Below are positions 37,332 to 45,624 of a stretch of DNA of 64,000 nt, one piece after another. Source of the stretch: Candidatus Latescibacterota bacterium (GTDB taxonomy: Bacteria > Latescibacterota > UBA2968 > UBA8231); contig OZ244561.1 of NCBI GenBank assembly GCA_965217585.1, forward strand, positions 1,120,001 through 1,184,000. The letters are read 5' to 3'. Each line of letters opens with the position of its first letter. Positions within the stretch are counted from its first letter, which is position 1. A program made the position numbers and the translations under genes. The notes below the pieces were generated by a model. The model did no database searches and was not told the origin of the DNA. It was given only the letters and a program-made list of their open reading frames with translations.

Positions 37332-38483
37332 TCACCAAGAGCTGGATTTTGATGTATGGACGTGGTCGGGCATCTTGTAACTCACTCCATCCTCGTCGTA
37401 CACCGAGATGTCGAGAAGCTGAGAAAAATTTTCTGATCTGAGCACCTGTTTGGCCTTTAGAAGCCTCAGGAAGCGTTGTTTCCATCGGTAACTAAACAGT
37501 GTTCCCGCAGCAAAGGACTTTGGAAACTCGAACTGGTCAGCGAGTTCGTTTCCTATGAGGGCGCGCGAAAGGCGGTAGGCCAGAGTTGTCAATTTTTTCT
37601 GTTCAACAGGATCTGTTACATCCGCAACTGTCGGAATGGCCTGGATCAACATATTCGCCACGGTTACCGATTCGGGCGACGCCGGCGGCTCGCACATATA
37701 GGCGATCTTGTAAATTTTTTCCGCATCTTCTGCGTTGGTATAGAGGATGGTCTCAGGTATCCCCATGAGATAGCCGCTGTAGCGCCAAACACTGAGAACA
37801 CTCGCTTTTTCTTCCTCGTTGAAATTCGCGCCCACCAACATCGAGTAGTTCAACAGGCGCTTGGAGAAGACGGAGATGGCAAAACCAAGGTGCGCCGAGC
37901 TTATCGGTATGCCCCAAGCATCGTGATCCCAATCGTCGGATTTCGCCAGCAGGGTCCTCATTTGACTATGGACGAAGCGAATGCGCGTGGATAGCCTGTA
38001 CCCATCGCCATCTCTCCGCAAGCCGCCGGGGTAAAAAATATCCATCATGTGGCGGTTATTCTGCTGGAGGCGCCTTTTGGTTGACGCTACCCGCCCGGTA
38101 ATATTGAACGACTTGGCGATAAGCGTCGAAAAGCCTTCCACCAACACCCCTGTAACGAATGCGACGAGCATGAGGTCTACGTTTGCGTGGAAGGCGCGTC
38201 TCCCCGGACGAAAGGCTTCGTAGTCGAGCCAAGGAGGCTCTGCAAGATTTTTGAAGAAATCGCGCAGGGCCTGCGGCACCTGGCGCAGAACCTCATCCTG
38301 TTGCTCTATGCCAGCCCCGATGAAGCGGTGCAGGTCCTCACTCGGCAACGAGGAGAGTTCCTCCATCACCGGATCCAGCTCTGGGTCGCCAATGGAGATA
38401 TGCCTAGCATAGTTGTCGGCCGCTTCTTGGTCGTAGAGGCGGGCCTGCTCATAACCCTCGGTGTATGCTGAAGGTAGTTTCAT
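37332..38483 (-). CDS. MpaB/Lcp (rubber-oxygenase-like) family oxygenase
   Basis: AGGAG RBS before 'MKLPSAY'. Motifs 'GDPELD', 'PPWLD', 'RIRFVH..MR', 'W....WG.PI' and 'WRY.GYLMGI'. Confidence 0.8.
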   Translation of the reverse strand: MKLPSAYTEGYEQARLYDQEAADNYARHISIGDPELDPVMEELSSLPSEDLHRFIGAGIEQQDEVLRQVPQALRDFFKNLAEPPWLDYEAFRPGRRAFHANVDLMLVAFVTGVLVEGFSTLIAKSFNITGRVASTKRRLQQNNRHMMDIFYPGGLRRDGDGYRLSTRIRFVHSQMRTLLAKSDDWDHDAWGIPISSAHLGFAISVFSKRLLNYSMLVGANFNEEEKASVLSVWRYSGYLMGIPETILYTNAEDAEKIYKIAYMCEPPASPESVTVANMLIQAIPTVADVTDPVEQKKLTTLAYRLSRALIGNELADQFEFPKSFAAGTLFSYRWKQRFLRLLKAKQVLRSENFSQLLDISVYDEDGVSYKMPDHVHTSKSSSW

Positions 38484-38521
38484 TTTCGATCTCCTCTTTG
38501 GGTAGTGGTTGCGTTTGAAAT

Positions 38522-38887
38522 TTATGGTCGAAGCTGGTGCTGGTGGGAGACGGCGACTTTTCCTGCACTTGGGAGCCATGCGCCAACCGCCAAGGAGTAC
38601 GAACCCGTCGTCGAAGAAGAAAGTCCTCTCACTTTCACGTAGTACGTCCCGGCTTCTACGCGAGCTTCGACGAAGAAGCCAGGGGCGTTGTATAGGCCGT
38701 CGTCATTTTCTGAGAGCACTTGGCCGACGGATTGGGGTTGGCCGGCCACGCACTTATAGGTCGCGCCGTTGATCTCAACGGTTTCCCACGGGCCAGCCTC
38801 CTCGTCAAAAGCAGCTTAGGCCGTGGGCTTGTCTTGCGAGCAGGACAAGACAGAAAGTAGAGGGAGGACTACGGCGAGACGGAGCAT
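38522..38887 (-). pseudogene. PPC-domain lipoprotein gene interrupted by an in-frame TAA
   Basis: GAGGAG RBS, then 'MLRLAVVLPLLSVLSC' with a lipobox. TAA at 38816-38818, after which the frame continues into PPC-like 'ENDDG....F......EAGTYYVKVRG.....GSYSL'. Confidence 0.7.
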
Positions 38888-38907
38888 GGCGCATCTCCTC
38901 GAAAAAG

Positions 38908-39056
38908 GTGGACAAAAGGCCCCCGAAGGGGCCGGGCCTTGTCCACGTATGCGCAGAAAGATGCGACACGTTCTACTTATTCACCGAGGCGGAAGGGAGC
39001 TACCCTTCGCCGGGTCTGGGCTGTTGTATTTAGCAGAAGACCCGACGTAAGTCGGG
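38908..39056 (-). promoter_or_regulatory. Candidate structured leader RNA
   Basis: Several strong stems lie immediately upstream of the RBS, including a C(UUCG)G hairpin on the minus strand. Confidence 0.35.
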
Positions 39057-39126
39057 ATTCTACGCATACATGGACGCCCATAGGATACGTTATAAGAGAG
39101 CCGCCGGTCAAGCAAAGAGCAAAATC

Positions 39127-39530
39127 GGTAGTGGTCTATTTTGAAATCTTGCGGTAGGTCTTGGGACGGCACGGCTTGGGTATCGCGTTATCCAGGTGTA
39201 CCGCCAAGCGTGAAAACATGAACATATTTGCCGCGTTATTGCTTGGGGCGGTTGTACTGTTGGTATGCGCTTGGATCTGCCACGAGACGGGCAAGAAAAC
39301 GGCGGCTAAATGGCTGTTGGGCCTTGGGATCGGTGCGTTGTGGCTGTTGTGGGCCTTGGTTAAAGCGATCTTTGGGTGGATGAAAGACGCAGAGAAAAGA
39401 CGCAGGAACGACTAGGGATCAGACCTATACGCATGGCCGAGTTCGCCGCGATGAGGTCTTTGCTCTGTTGGTTGGGCGTATCTCAAAGATGAAGGCTAAT
39501 GCGGCTTGAATTTCAAAATAGACCACTACC
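39127..39530. mobile_element. 404-bp non-autonomous element (MITE or mobile cassette) with perfect 21-bp terminal inverted repeats
   Basis: GGTAGTGGTCTATTTTGAAAT at 39127-39147 and its exact reverse complement at 39510-39530. No transposase inside and no clear target-site duplication. Confidence 0.8.
39218..39415 (+). CDS. Small two-TM membrane protein (passenger of the inverted-repeat element)
   Basis: 65 aa with two hydrophobic helices and a basic tail. Confidence 0.55.
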   Translation: MNIFAALLLGAVVLLVCAWICHETGKKTAAKWLLGLGIGALWLLWALVKAIFGWMKDAEKRRRND

Positions 39531-39615
39531 CCTCTTTGGGAGTCAGCAATATACCAGCGTCCAACTTCAAAGCCACATTAATATACTATAATAAAGATTG
39601 TCAATTATCCTACTC

Positions 39616-40893
39616 TCACACGAACTTCGGCCGGCCACAGCCGTCGTTGACCACGTAGCTGCGCGCTGGAATCGCCGCTTGCTCGGGAATGACTAAGTCG
39701 AGCGGCGAATCATTCTCAATGACGGTACCGGCCCCCACGCGCACCCCGGCCCCCAACTTAATCGCTCCAGGCCGCACAGGACCCGCTATGATCGTGCCGA
39801 TAGATACCGACACGCCGATCCGGCAATCCGGGCCGATCGCGACGATGCCGTTGATTTCGGAGTTGGCCCCAATCGCCGTGCGGTCGCCCACCTGCACCGG
39901 GCCGAAAAGCCCGGCATCCGTGCCGATAAACACGTAGTCGCCAATGGTGGGATGGCGCTGCTGCACCTTGCCGCTGAGGCCGCCCAAAGTACACGGGTAC
40001 ATGTGGCAGCCGCTGCCGATGATACCCGTCTGTCCAGTGGTTATGCCGCGATGGGGGTGGTCGAGGAAATTGGCATCGCCAATCTGCGTTTCGGGATGGA
40101 TATCCGCCTGGTAGTAGCGCCCCCCCAACTCGGCAATGGCTCGCGGCAGCAAGGGCACCGGCCGCCGCTTCAGCCCGGATTCGCCTGCCACCGAGCCAGA
40201 GCGCGTTAGGGCGTGGGCAATGTCGTGGTAAAACAACACCCGCCAGCCCGGATAGGTGCTCATCACGAGCTGCATCTGGTAGTCGAAAATGAAGTCGCAC
40301 TCCAGTGCGGCGAGGAAGCGGCGATAGTGGTCGAAGTCGCGGCGGTGAATGGTCTCGTCCAAGGCGGCCCGGAAGTCGATCTTGAGCAGCCGCTCCTGGG
40401 TCAACCCGCAATTGTCGAGCAAATAGGCGTCCCAAACGGCCGGATCCCTAAGCGCGGCAAAGCGGTTCCAGCGGGCGCGGACCTTGTAGGCGGGCAATTC
40501 CCACAGCAAACAGAAGGTATTCATCAGAGCCTTCTCTTCAGCACCTTCGCTCTCGCCGGCCGCCGAAAGCGACTGCGCGATCATCGCGTAGAGCTGGTCG
40601 GCAATCTCGCCGATGGCCTCGTCGAGCGACGGGTTTTGGTGCCCCGGCCCCAAGGCATTGTGCGAACCAGGGGCGACACATTCGAGCAAGTTGCCCAAAA
40701 CCGTCTCCAGCAGGTCGCGGTCGACAAACCCGCGCCCGGAGCGCTGCGAGAGAATGTCCCGGTCCACCGCGTCGATGCGGAGCGCGGCGACCTCCTCCGA
40801 GGTGTAGATCGGCATCAGCCGCTCTAGCAGCCGCTCTAGCAACGCCCACTTGCGGCGTTGATACGCAGTGTCGAAAAGCGTGGAATTGTTCAT
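39616..40893 (-). CDS. Serine O-acetyltransferase-like hexapeptide (LbH) protein with long N-terminal domain
   Basis: 'DIHP...IG...FLDH', 'TLGG......RHPTIGD.V.IG' and further hexapeptide turns. GAGGAGG lies upstream. Confidence 0.7.
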   Translation of the reverse strand: MNNSTLFDTAYQRRKWALLERLLERLMPIYTSEEVAALRIDAVDRDILSQRSGRGFVDRDLLETVLGNLLECVAPGSHNALGPGHQNPSLDEAIGEIADQLYAMIAQSLSAAGESEGAEEKALMNTFCLLWELPAYKVRARWNRFAALRDPAVWDAYLLDNCGLTQERLLKIDFRAALDETIHRRDFDHYRRFLAALECDFIFDYQMQLVMSTYPGWRVLFYHDIAHALTRSGSVAGESGLKRRPVPLLPRAIAELGGRYYQADIHPETQIGDANFLDHPHRGITTGQTGIIGSGCHMYPCTLGGLSGKVQQRHPTIGDYVFIGTDAGLFGPVQVGDRTAIGANSEINGIVAIGPDCRIGVSVSIGTIIAGPVRPGAIKLGAGVRVGAGTVIENDSPLDLVIPEQAAIPARSYVVNDGCGRPKFV

Positions 40894-40987
40894 CGTTTGC
40901 TCCCCATTCTTCCTCCTCATAACTTTTAACAAAAATTACGGAACGCACGCCGGGTTGCAACCCGGCTCACCCCCGCAGGGAGAAATC

Positions 40988-41773
40988 ATGCATCCATTTG
41001 AATCACTGGTAGTACGCGAAGGTGCCATTGGCATCCACTGGTTTGGCCAGAGCACGTTTGGCCTCAAGGACGCGCAGGGGACCATCGTCCAAGTCGATCC
41101 CTACTATCCCCACGAGCGGCCAGCCGACCGCTTCATCCACGCCCGCCCCCCGCTCCACGAGGCGTCGCTACACACGGATTTCGTGCTCCTGACCCACGAC
41201 CACGGCGACCACACGTGCGTGGAGTCCATTGCGCGCATTGCCGCTGCCTATCCAGCCGTGCAGATCGTCGGCCCGGCGGAGAGCATCCAGCGCGTCCGCA
41301 GCGCGGGCATTACTGCCGCCGCAACCACAGTTGCCGCTGGTGACGCAGCCAAACTGGGCACCATGACGGCCCACGCGGTGTACGCCAAACCCCCGGAGGG
41401 CCTGCCCAGCGACGACATCGCTCCGCCCGATGTGACCCACCTCGGCTACGTGGTAGAGACCAGCAGCGTGCGCGTATACATCTCCGGCGATCCAGTCAAC
41501 ACTTTTGCCGAGCACGAAGAATTACTCGCGCCCATCCGCGACCTCGGGCCCGACATCGGGCTGTTGACCAATCACCCCAGCGAAGGGGAATTCCCCTTCT
41601 TTGCTGGCTCGTCCAAGATGGCCTCGGTGCTCGGCCTCAAGGCCGCCGTACCGGCCCATTACGCCTGCTTTGTCAGCCGAAATTACGATCCCCAAGAATG
41701 GGCCGCCGTGCTCGATGGGGTCGAGCCGCTGATCATCCCGTACAATCAGTCCGCGGTCTATGCGGCCCGCTAG
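40988..41773 (+). CDS. MBL-fold metallo-hydrolase (UlaG-like)
   Basis: Motifs 'WFGQS', 'VDPY', 'THDHGDH', 'SGD' and 'PAHY'. Confidence 0.85.
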   Translation: MHPFESLVVREGAIGIHWFGQSTFGLKDAQGTIVQVDPYYPHERPADRFIHARPPLHEASLHTDFVLLTHDHGDHTCVESIARIAAAYPAVQIVGPAESIQRVRSAGITAAATTVAAGDAAKLGTMTAHAVYAKPPEGLPSDDIAPPDVTHLGYVVETSSVRVYISGDPVNTFAEHEELLAPIRDLGPDIGLLTNHPSEGEFPFFAGSSKMASVLGLKAAVPAHYACFVSRNYDPQEWAAVLDGVEPLIIPYNQSAVYAAR

Positions 41774-41792
41774 TGCACCGGGGGTAGGCGTG

Positions 41793-41821
41793 TTGATTTT
41801 ATTACCCTCGTTTATTATTAT
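41793..41821 (+). promoter_or_regulatory. Putative sigma70 promoter of the 41.9-52.7 kb operon
   Basis: TTGATT-N17-TATTAT in an AT-rich intergenic stretch about 60 nt before the AAGGAG RBS. Confidence 0.5.
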
Positions 41822-41883
41822 GGCATTTCAATCAACGCGCCGGAGATTTCTGGCGTTCACTTCAAACGCAAGGAGTTAAGAAC

Positions 41884-42831
41884 ATGCGGCGATTCACAAT
41901 CGCAGGCATTTTCGGCCTCGCCCTCGTAGGGGTGGCGAATGCCCAGTTTTTCGATCCGCCCGCTCTGGAGGATCGCAATGGCAGTCAGGGATTTTGGTTT
42001 TACATGCTCGAAGTCCCCGATCCCGGTGCTATCACCATCGACGGGCATAGCGACGACTGGGGTTGGTTCGACCCCGAATACACCTTGACCATGGACGAGT
42101 GGCGCGACGAAGGCGACCGCCCGGCCCCAGACCGCGACGACCTGTTCATCACCACCTTCATGGGCTGGAAGGGCGGCGACGACAACCGCTGGTACTGCTT
42201 CTTGGAAGCGGTTGACGACGTGCTAGCGCACGCCGGCACGAACATCGCCCGTTGGGACGGCGACATGCTACAGGTCGGCCTCGATCCGCAGGATCACGGG
42301 CGCGAGCGCAGCCCGGCTTCGGGTTACACCATGGAGTGGCTGATGGCACCGGGCGACCTCAGTCCGCCGACCAACGTCGCTTTCCGCTATACCGAGCAAG
42401 AGGCGTGGGCCGAGTACGGCGAATCGCCGTGGATCGAAATGGCCGTGCGCGTCGATCCGCCCGAAGCTTGGGCCGCCGACCTGTGGGCCGAGGGCGGCAC
42501 CACGTACTACGAGTGGAGCGTCAAGGTCCTCGCCTTCCAAGATGATACAGGTCCGTCGGCGAGCGAGGTGTGGCAGCTAGACACAGTGGCCGGTGAAGAT
42601 GGCGCGGGCATGCCTTTCGCCTTTTGGTACGAAGACGGCGAAGGCCCGGATTCGAGCTTCTCGCCCAGCGAAGACGGCACCCCGGGTGGCCGCAACGACT
42701 GGACCACCCGCGGCCCCGAAGCCTCGGCGCGGCAGTACTACTCCATTGCCAAGCTGCTGCGCGTCGGCGAGTACGCCGCCGCCACAGCAGTCGAGTCATC
42801 GACTTGGGGCAAGATCAAGAACTCGTTCTAA
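41884..42831 (+). CDS. Secreted acidic CBM9/DOMON-like protein with C-terminal 'AVESSTWGKIK' tail
   Basis: Signal peptide ending ANA-Q. Motifs 'ITIDG..DDW' and 'YYEW'. Trp- and Asp-rich. Confidence 0.7.
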   Translation: MRRFTIAGIFGLALVGVANAQFFDPPALEDRNGSQGFWFYMLEVPDPGAITIDGHSDDWGWFDPEYTLTMDEWRDEGDRPAPDRDDLFITTFMGWKGGDDNRWYCFLEAVDDVLAHAGTNIARWDGDMLQVGLDPQDHGRERSPASGYTMEWLMAPGDLSPPTNVAFRYTEQEAWAEYGESPWIEMAVRVDPPEAWAADLWAEGGTTYYEWSVKVLAFQDDTGPSASEVWQLDTVAGEDGAGMPFAFWYEDGEGPDSSFSPSEDGTPGGRNDWTTRGPEASARQYYSIAKLLRVGEYAAATAVESSTWGKIKNSF

Positions 42832-42857
42832 ACGCAAGGCGACCGATCGGTCGTAAT

Positions 42858-42887
42858 CGTAGGGGCGACCGGTCGGTCGCCCCTACG
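42858..42887. repeat. REP-like GTAG palindrome
   Basis: CGTAGGGGCGACCG-gt-CGGTCGCCCCTACG, preceded by a second palindrome CGACCGATCGGTCG at 42840-42853. Confidence 0.7.
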
Positions 42888-42908
42888 TTATTTTTAGGGG
42901 GTTGCACC

Positions 42909-43622
42909 GTGTACAAACGGCTCTGGGCTTGGTTCGTACTGCTAATCCTGCTGCTGGGGGCTTGCGGCCGCTACTTTCACACGCCGCTCCAGCCTGCCAG
43001 CCGCCAAGCCGAGGGCATGACCGTCAACGACGACGGCTCCATCACCTACGCCCTCGACCGCCTGTCGATCAACCTCAAGCCCATGACGGACGAGGAATTA
43101 AACCGCCTCGCTCCTGGGCGAGATCTGTCTAACAATCCCTATACCTTTGGCGAATGGACCGCCGCGGGCGACGAGTGGACGCCGCCGCGGTTTACCATTT
43201 TTCGGCTCAAGGTCAGCAACTATCAATATCCCAAGGTCAAACTCGACCCGCTCAACGCGCGCATTACCACGGCCAACACCCGGCAGTACGAGGTACTCAG
43301 CTACGCCGAATTATACCAGTATTTTCGCTCGTATTGGCTAGGCCGCACGGGCCAAGGGCGCAAAACCTTTCAAGCTCGCACGGACGCGCTCAAGCGGACG
43401 CTGTACAGCGGGGCCTTGATCTTCAGCGGCAGCGAAGAACAGGGGTACTTGGTATTTCCCGTGCTCGACGACGATGTCCGGGCGATCCAAGTATACATAG
43501 AAAACATCATCTTGCGCTTCGACTATGCAGACGCCCCCGTAGAGGCGATTGACCTGAGCTTCTCCTTCCAGCGCGACATCCTGCAAGGGTATGACCCCTC
43601 GGCCGCGGTGCGGCTCAACTGA
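42909..43622 (+). CDS. Hypothetical lipoprotein
   Basis: GTG start, then 'YKRLWAWFVLLILLLGAC' with a lipobox. Its stop overlaps the next start (TGATG). Confidence 0.75.
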   Translation: MYKRLWAWFVLLILLLGACGRYFHTPLQPASRQAEGMTVNDDGSITYALDRLSINLKPMTDEELNRLAPGRDLSNNPYTFGEWTAAGDEWTPPRFTIFRLKVSNYQYPKVKLDPLNARITTANTRQYEVLSYAELYQYFRSYWLGRTGQGRKTFQARTDALKRTLYSGALIFSGSEEQGYLVFPVLDDDVRAIQVYIENIILRFDYADAPVEAIDLSFSFQRDILQGYDPSAAVRLN

Positions 43623-45610
43623 TGACCGCCCGCGCGCCCAGATTCCTCGCCGGCGCCTTCCTAGCGGTGCTTGGGGGACTAGCGCCGAGCAACGCCCAAG
43701 TCGAGGTGTGGCATATCGGTAAGGGGGGGCTTGCGTGGGTCTCGCAAGCCGAGACGCAGATCGGCGCGCTAGACGTCGATGGTGCCCTACAGCCCTTGCA
43801 GCTACAGACCGGGGAAAACCTCATTGAGCTACTCCGCGCTTCGGGCCAACGCTTTCTCAACGGCCAACCCCGCGACTTCACCCTCGGTGGCCAGCCACGC
43901 GCGTGGTCCAACGACGGCTTCTTCAACCAACTCGCTGGCCCCCTCGACCTGATCGACGGCGATCCCGCGACCTCCTCGTCGGGCGTGTTCAAGACCGCGC
44001 AGAGCCAAGCCGGGGCGACGTTCTTCTGGGATTTGGGCGCACCCTTCCCAGTCAACCGCATTCGCTTCTTTCCCGCTCCCGACGATGACGCCTTTGTCAA
44101 AGCCTTTGAACTGCGGGTCAACGACGGCGAAAACTTCAACGACATCAATCGGCCGCAATACGAACTCTTGCGGCGGGTAGAAGTCAACCGCGAATCCACA
44201 GTCGATATCGAATTTGCCCCCTTGCAGGGCCGCTTCCTCCAGCTACGCGTGCTGTCGAAGACGGTGTTCAACATCGCGGAGTTTGAAATCTACGGGCAGG
44301 GCTTTGTGCCGGTCGCTAGCTACGAGTCGGCTCTGCACTCCTTTGGCGGCCCGGTCAACTACGGCCGCTTGCGCGTACACACCACGCATCTCGGAACGAC
44401 CGGGGCTGCGACCGCGGCCATCCAGATGCGGACCGGAGCCGACGACAGCCCGCTGGCGTACTTTCGCCGCGACCGCGACACCGGTCGCCAGCAGGAGGTG
44501 CCCGCGGCCGAATACAACACCAGCCTGCCACGGCGCGCCCTGTTCCGCCAAGACGCGGTCACCGGCGAGCTATTAGAGGAACTGGACCGAGCCAGCTATC
44601 TCAATCTGCCGATTGAGGAGCAAGGGCCGGTGCGCGATTTTGTCAAGGGCGACATCCGCGACGACGTGGACAACTGGAGCGCGTGGTCGCCGAGCACGTA
44701 TATCGCCGGCACGGGTATTGTTGAGGTGCCCATAGGGCTGCCCAGCCCGCGGGAATTCATGCAGTTCCGCATCCTCTTCGACGGCGACGCTGAAAACGCC
44801 GTGCGCATCGACACCTTTCAGGTGGAGTTTTCGCCTGGGCTGGTCAGCGAGGCCGTCGGCGAGGTGGCCCTCGCCAGCGATCCCTTTCCCGCCAGCGGCC
44901 TACTCGAAGTCGCAGGGGGCATCGACACGACCTTTACCTACGACATCCGCACCGAATTCGCAGCCGGCGTGGCCGGGTATCGCGGCGTCCGCATCGAAGC
45001 ATTTCCACCGCCAATATTCGAGAGTCTGCAAATGGGCGACCCCCTCGCGGCCGTAGAAGACTTTGAATGGACGGAGACCGAGAGCGGCTTCGACGTTCTC
45101 TTCGCGCCCATCGCCGCCGACAACAACCAGCCCCTGCGGATCACCTTCCGCCTGCGGCTGCTGGTGCACAATACCCCGATCAACGCCTATCTCCTCGGCG
45201 CAGGGAGCGTCCCACCGCATCCCATCGCCCCGGGCAATGCCAGCGAATTAGTGGGCACGAACGCGACCAACGCCTTTGTGACTCAGGCGCAGCCCGAGCT
45301 GCAACTAGCACTTTCAACGGCTATCATCTCACCTAATGGCGACGGCCGCAACGATGCCGTCGCCATTGACCTCGTGTTGTCCCAGTTTGCCGCGGATACG
45401 GCAGTCGCCGTCGAGATCTTCGACCTTAGCGGACGCCGGGTGCGGCAGCTAGTCTCCCAACCGCGGGCCGCCGGTTTTTACTCCGAAATCTGGGATGGCC
45501 GCGACGAACAAGGCGGTTTGGTCGCACCGGGCTTGTACCTCTGCCGCGTCGGCGTGGACGCCGACTTCGACGTGTTTGCCGCAGTAGAGCCGATAGGGGT
45601 GGCCTATTGA
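43622..45610 (+). CDS. Secreted discoidin-like protein with C-terminal FlgD-Ig/T9SS type-B-CTD-like domain (paralog 1)
   Basis: Signal peptide. Motifs 'WDLGAPFPVNRIRF', 'EFEIYGQGF', 'SPNGDGRND' and 'WDGRDEQG..V.PGLY'. Confidence 0.8.
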   Translation: MTARAPRFLAGAFLAVLGGLAPSNAQVEVWHIGKGGLAWVSQAETQIGALDVDGALQPLQLQTGENLIELLRASGQRFLNGQPRDFTLGGQPRAWSNDGFFNQLAGPLDLIDGDPATSSSGVFKTAQSQAGATFFWDLGAPFPVNRIRFFPAPDDDAFVKAFELRVNDGENFNDINRPQYELLRRVEVNRESTVDIEFAPLQGRFLQLRVLSKTVFNIAEFEIYGQGFVPVASYESALHSFGGPVNYGRLRVHTTHLGTTGAATAAIQMRTGADDSPLAYFRRDRDTGRQQEVPAAEYNTSLPRRALFRQDAVTGELLEELDRASYLNLPIEEQGPVRDFVKGDIRDDVDNWSAWSPSTYIAGTGIVEVPIGLPSPREFMQFRILFDGDAENAVRIDTFQVEFSPGLVSEAVGEVALASDPFPASGLLEVAGGIDTTFTYDIRTEFAAGVAGYRGVRIEAFPPPIFESLQMGDPLAAVEDFEWTETESGFDVLFAPIAADNNQPLRITFRLRLLVHNTPINAYLLGAGSVPPHPIAPGNASELVGTNATNAFVTQAQPELQLALSTAIISPNGDGRNDAVAIDLVLSQFAADTAVAVEIFDLSGRRVRQLVSQPRAAGFYSEIWDGRDEQGGLVAPGLYLCRVGVDADFDVFAAVEPIGVAY

Positions 45611-45624
45611 CTGCGGTGAGCAAC

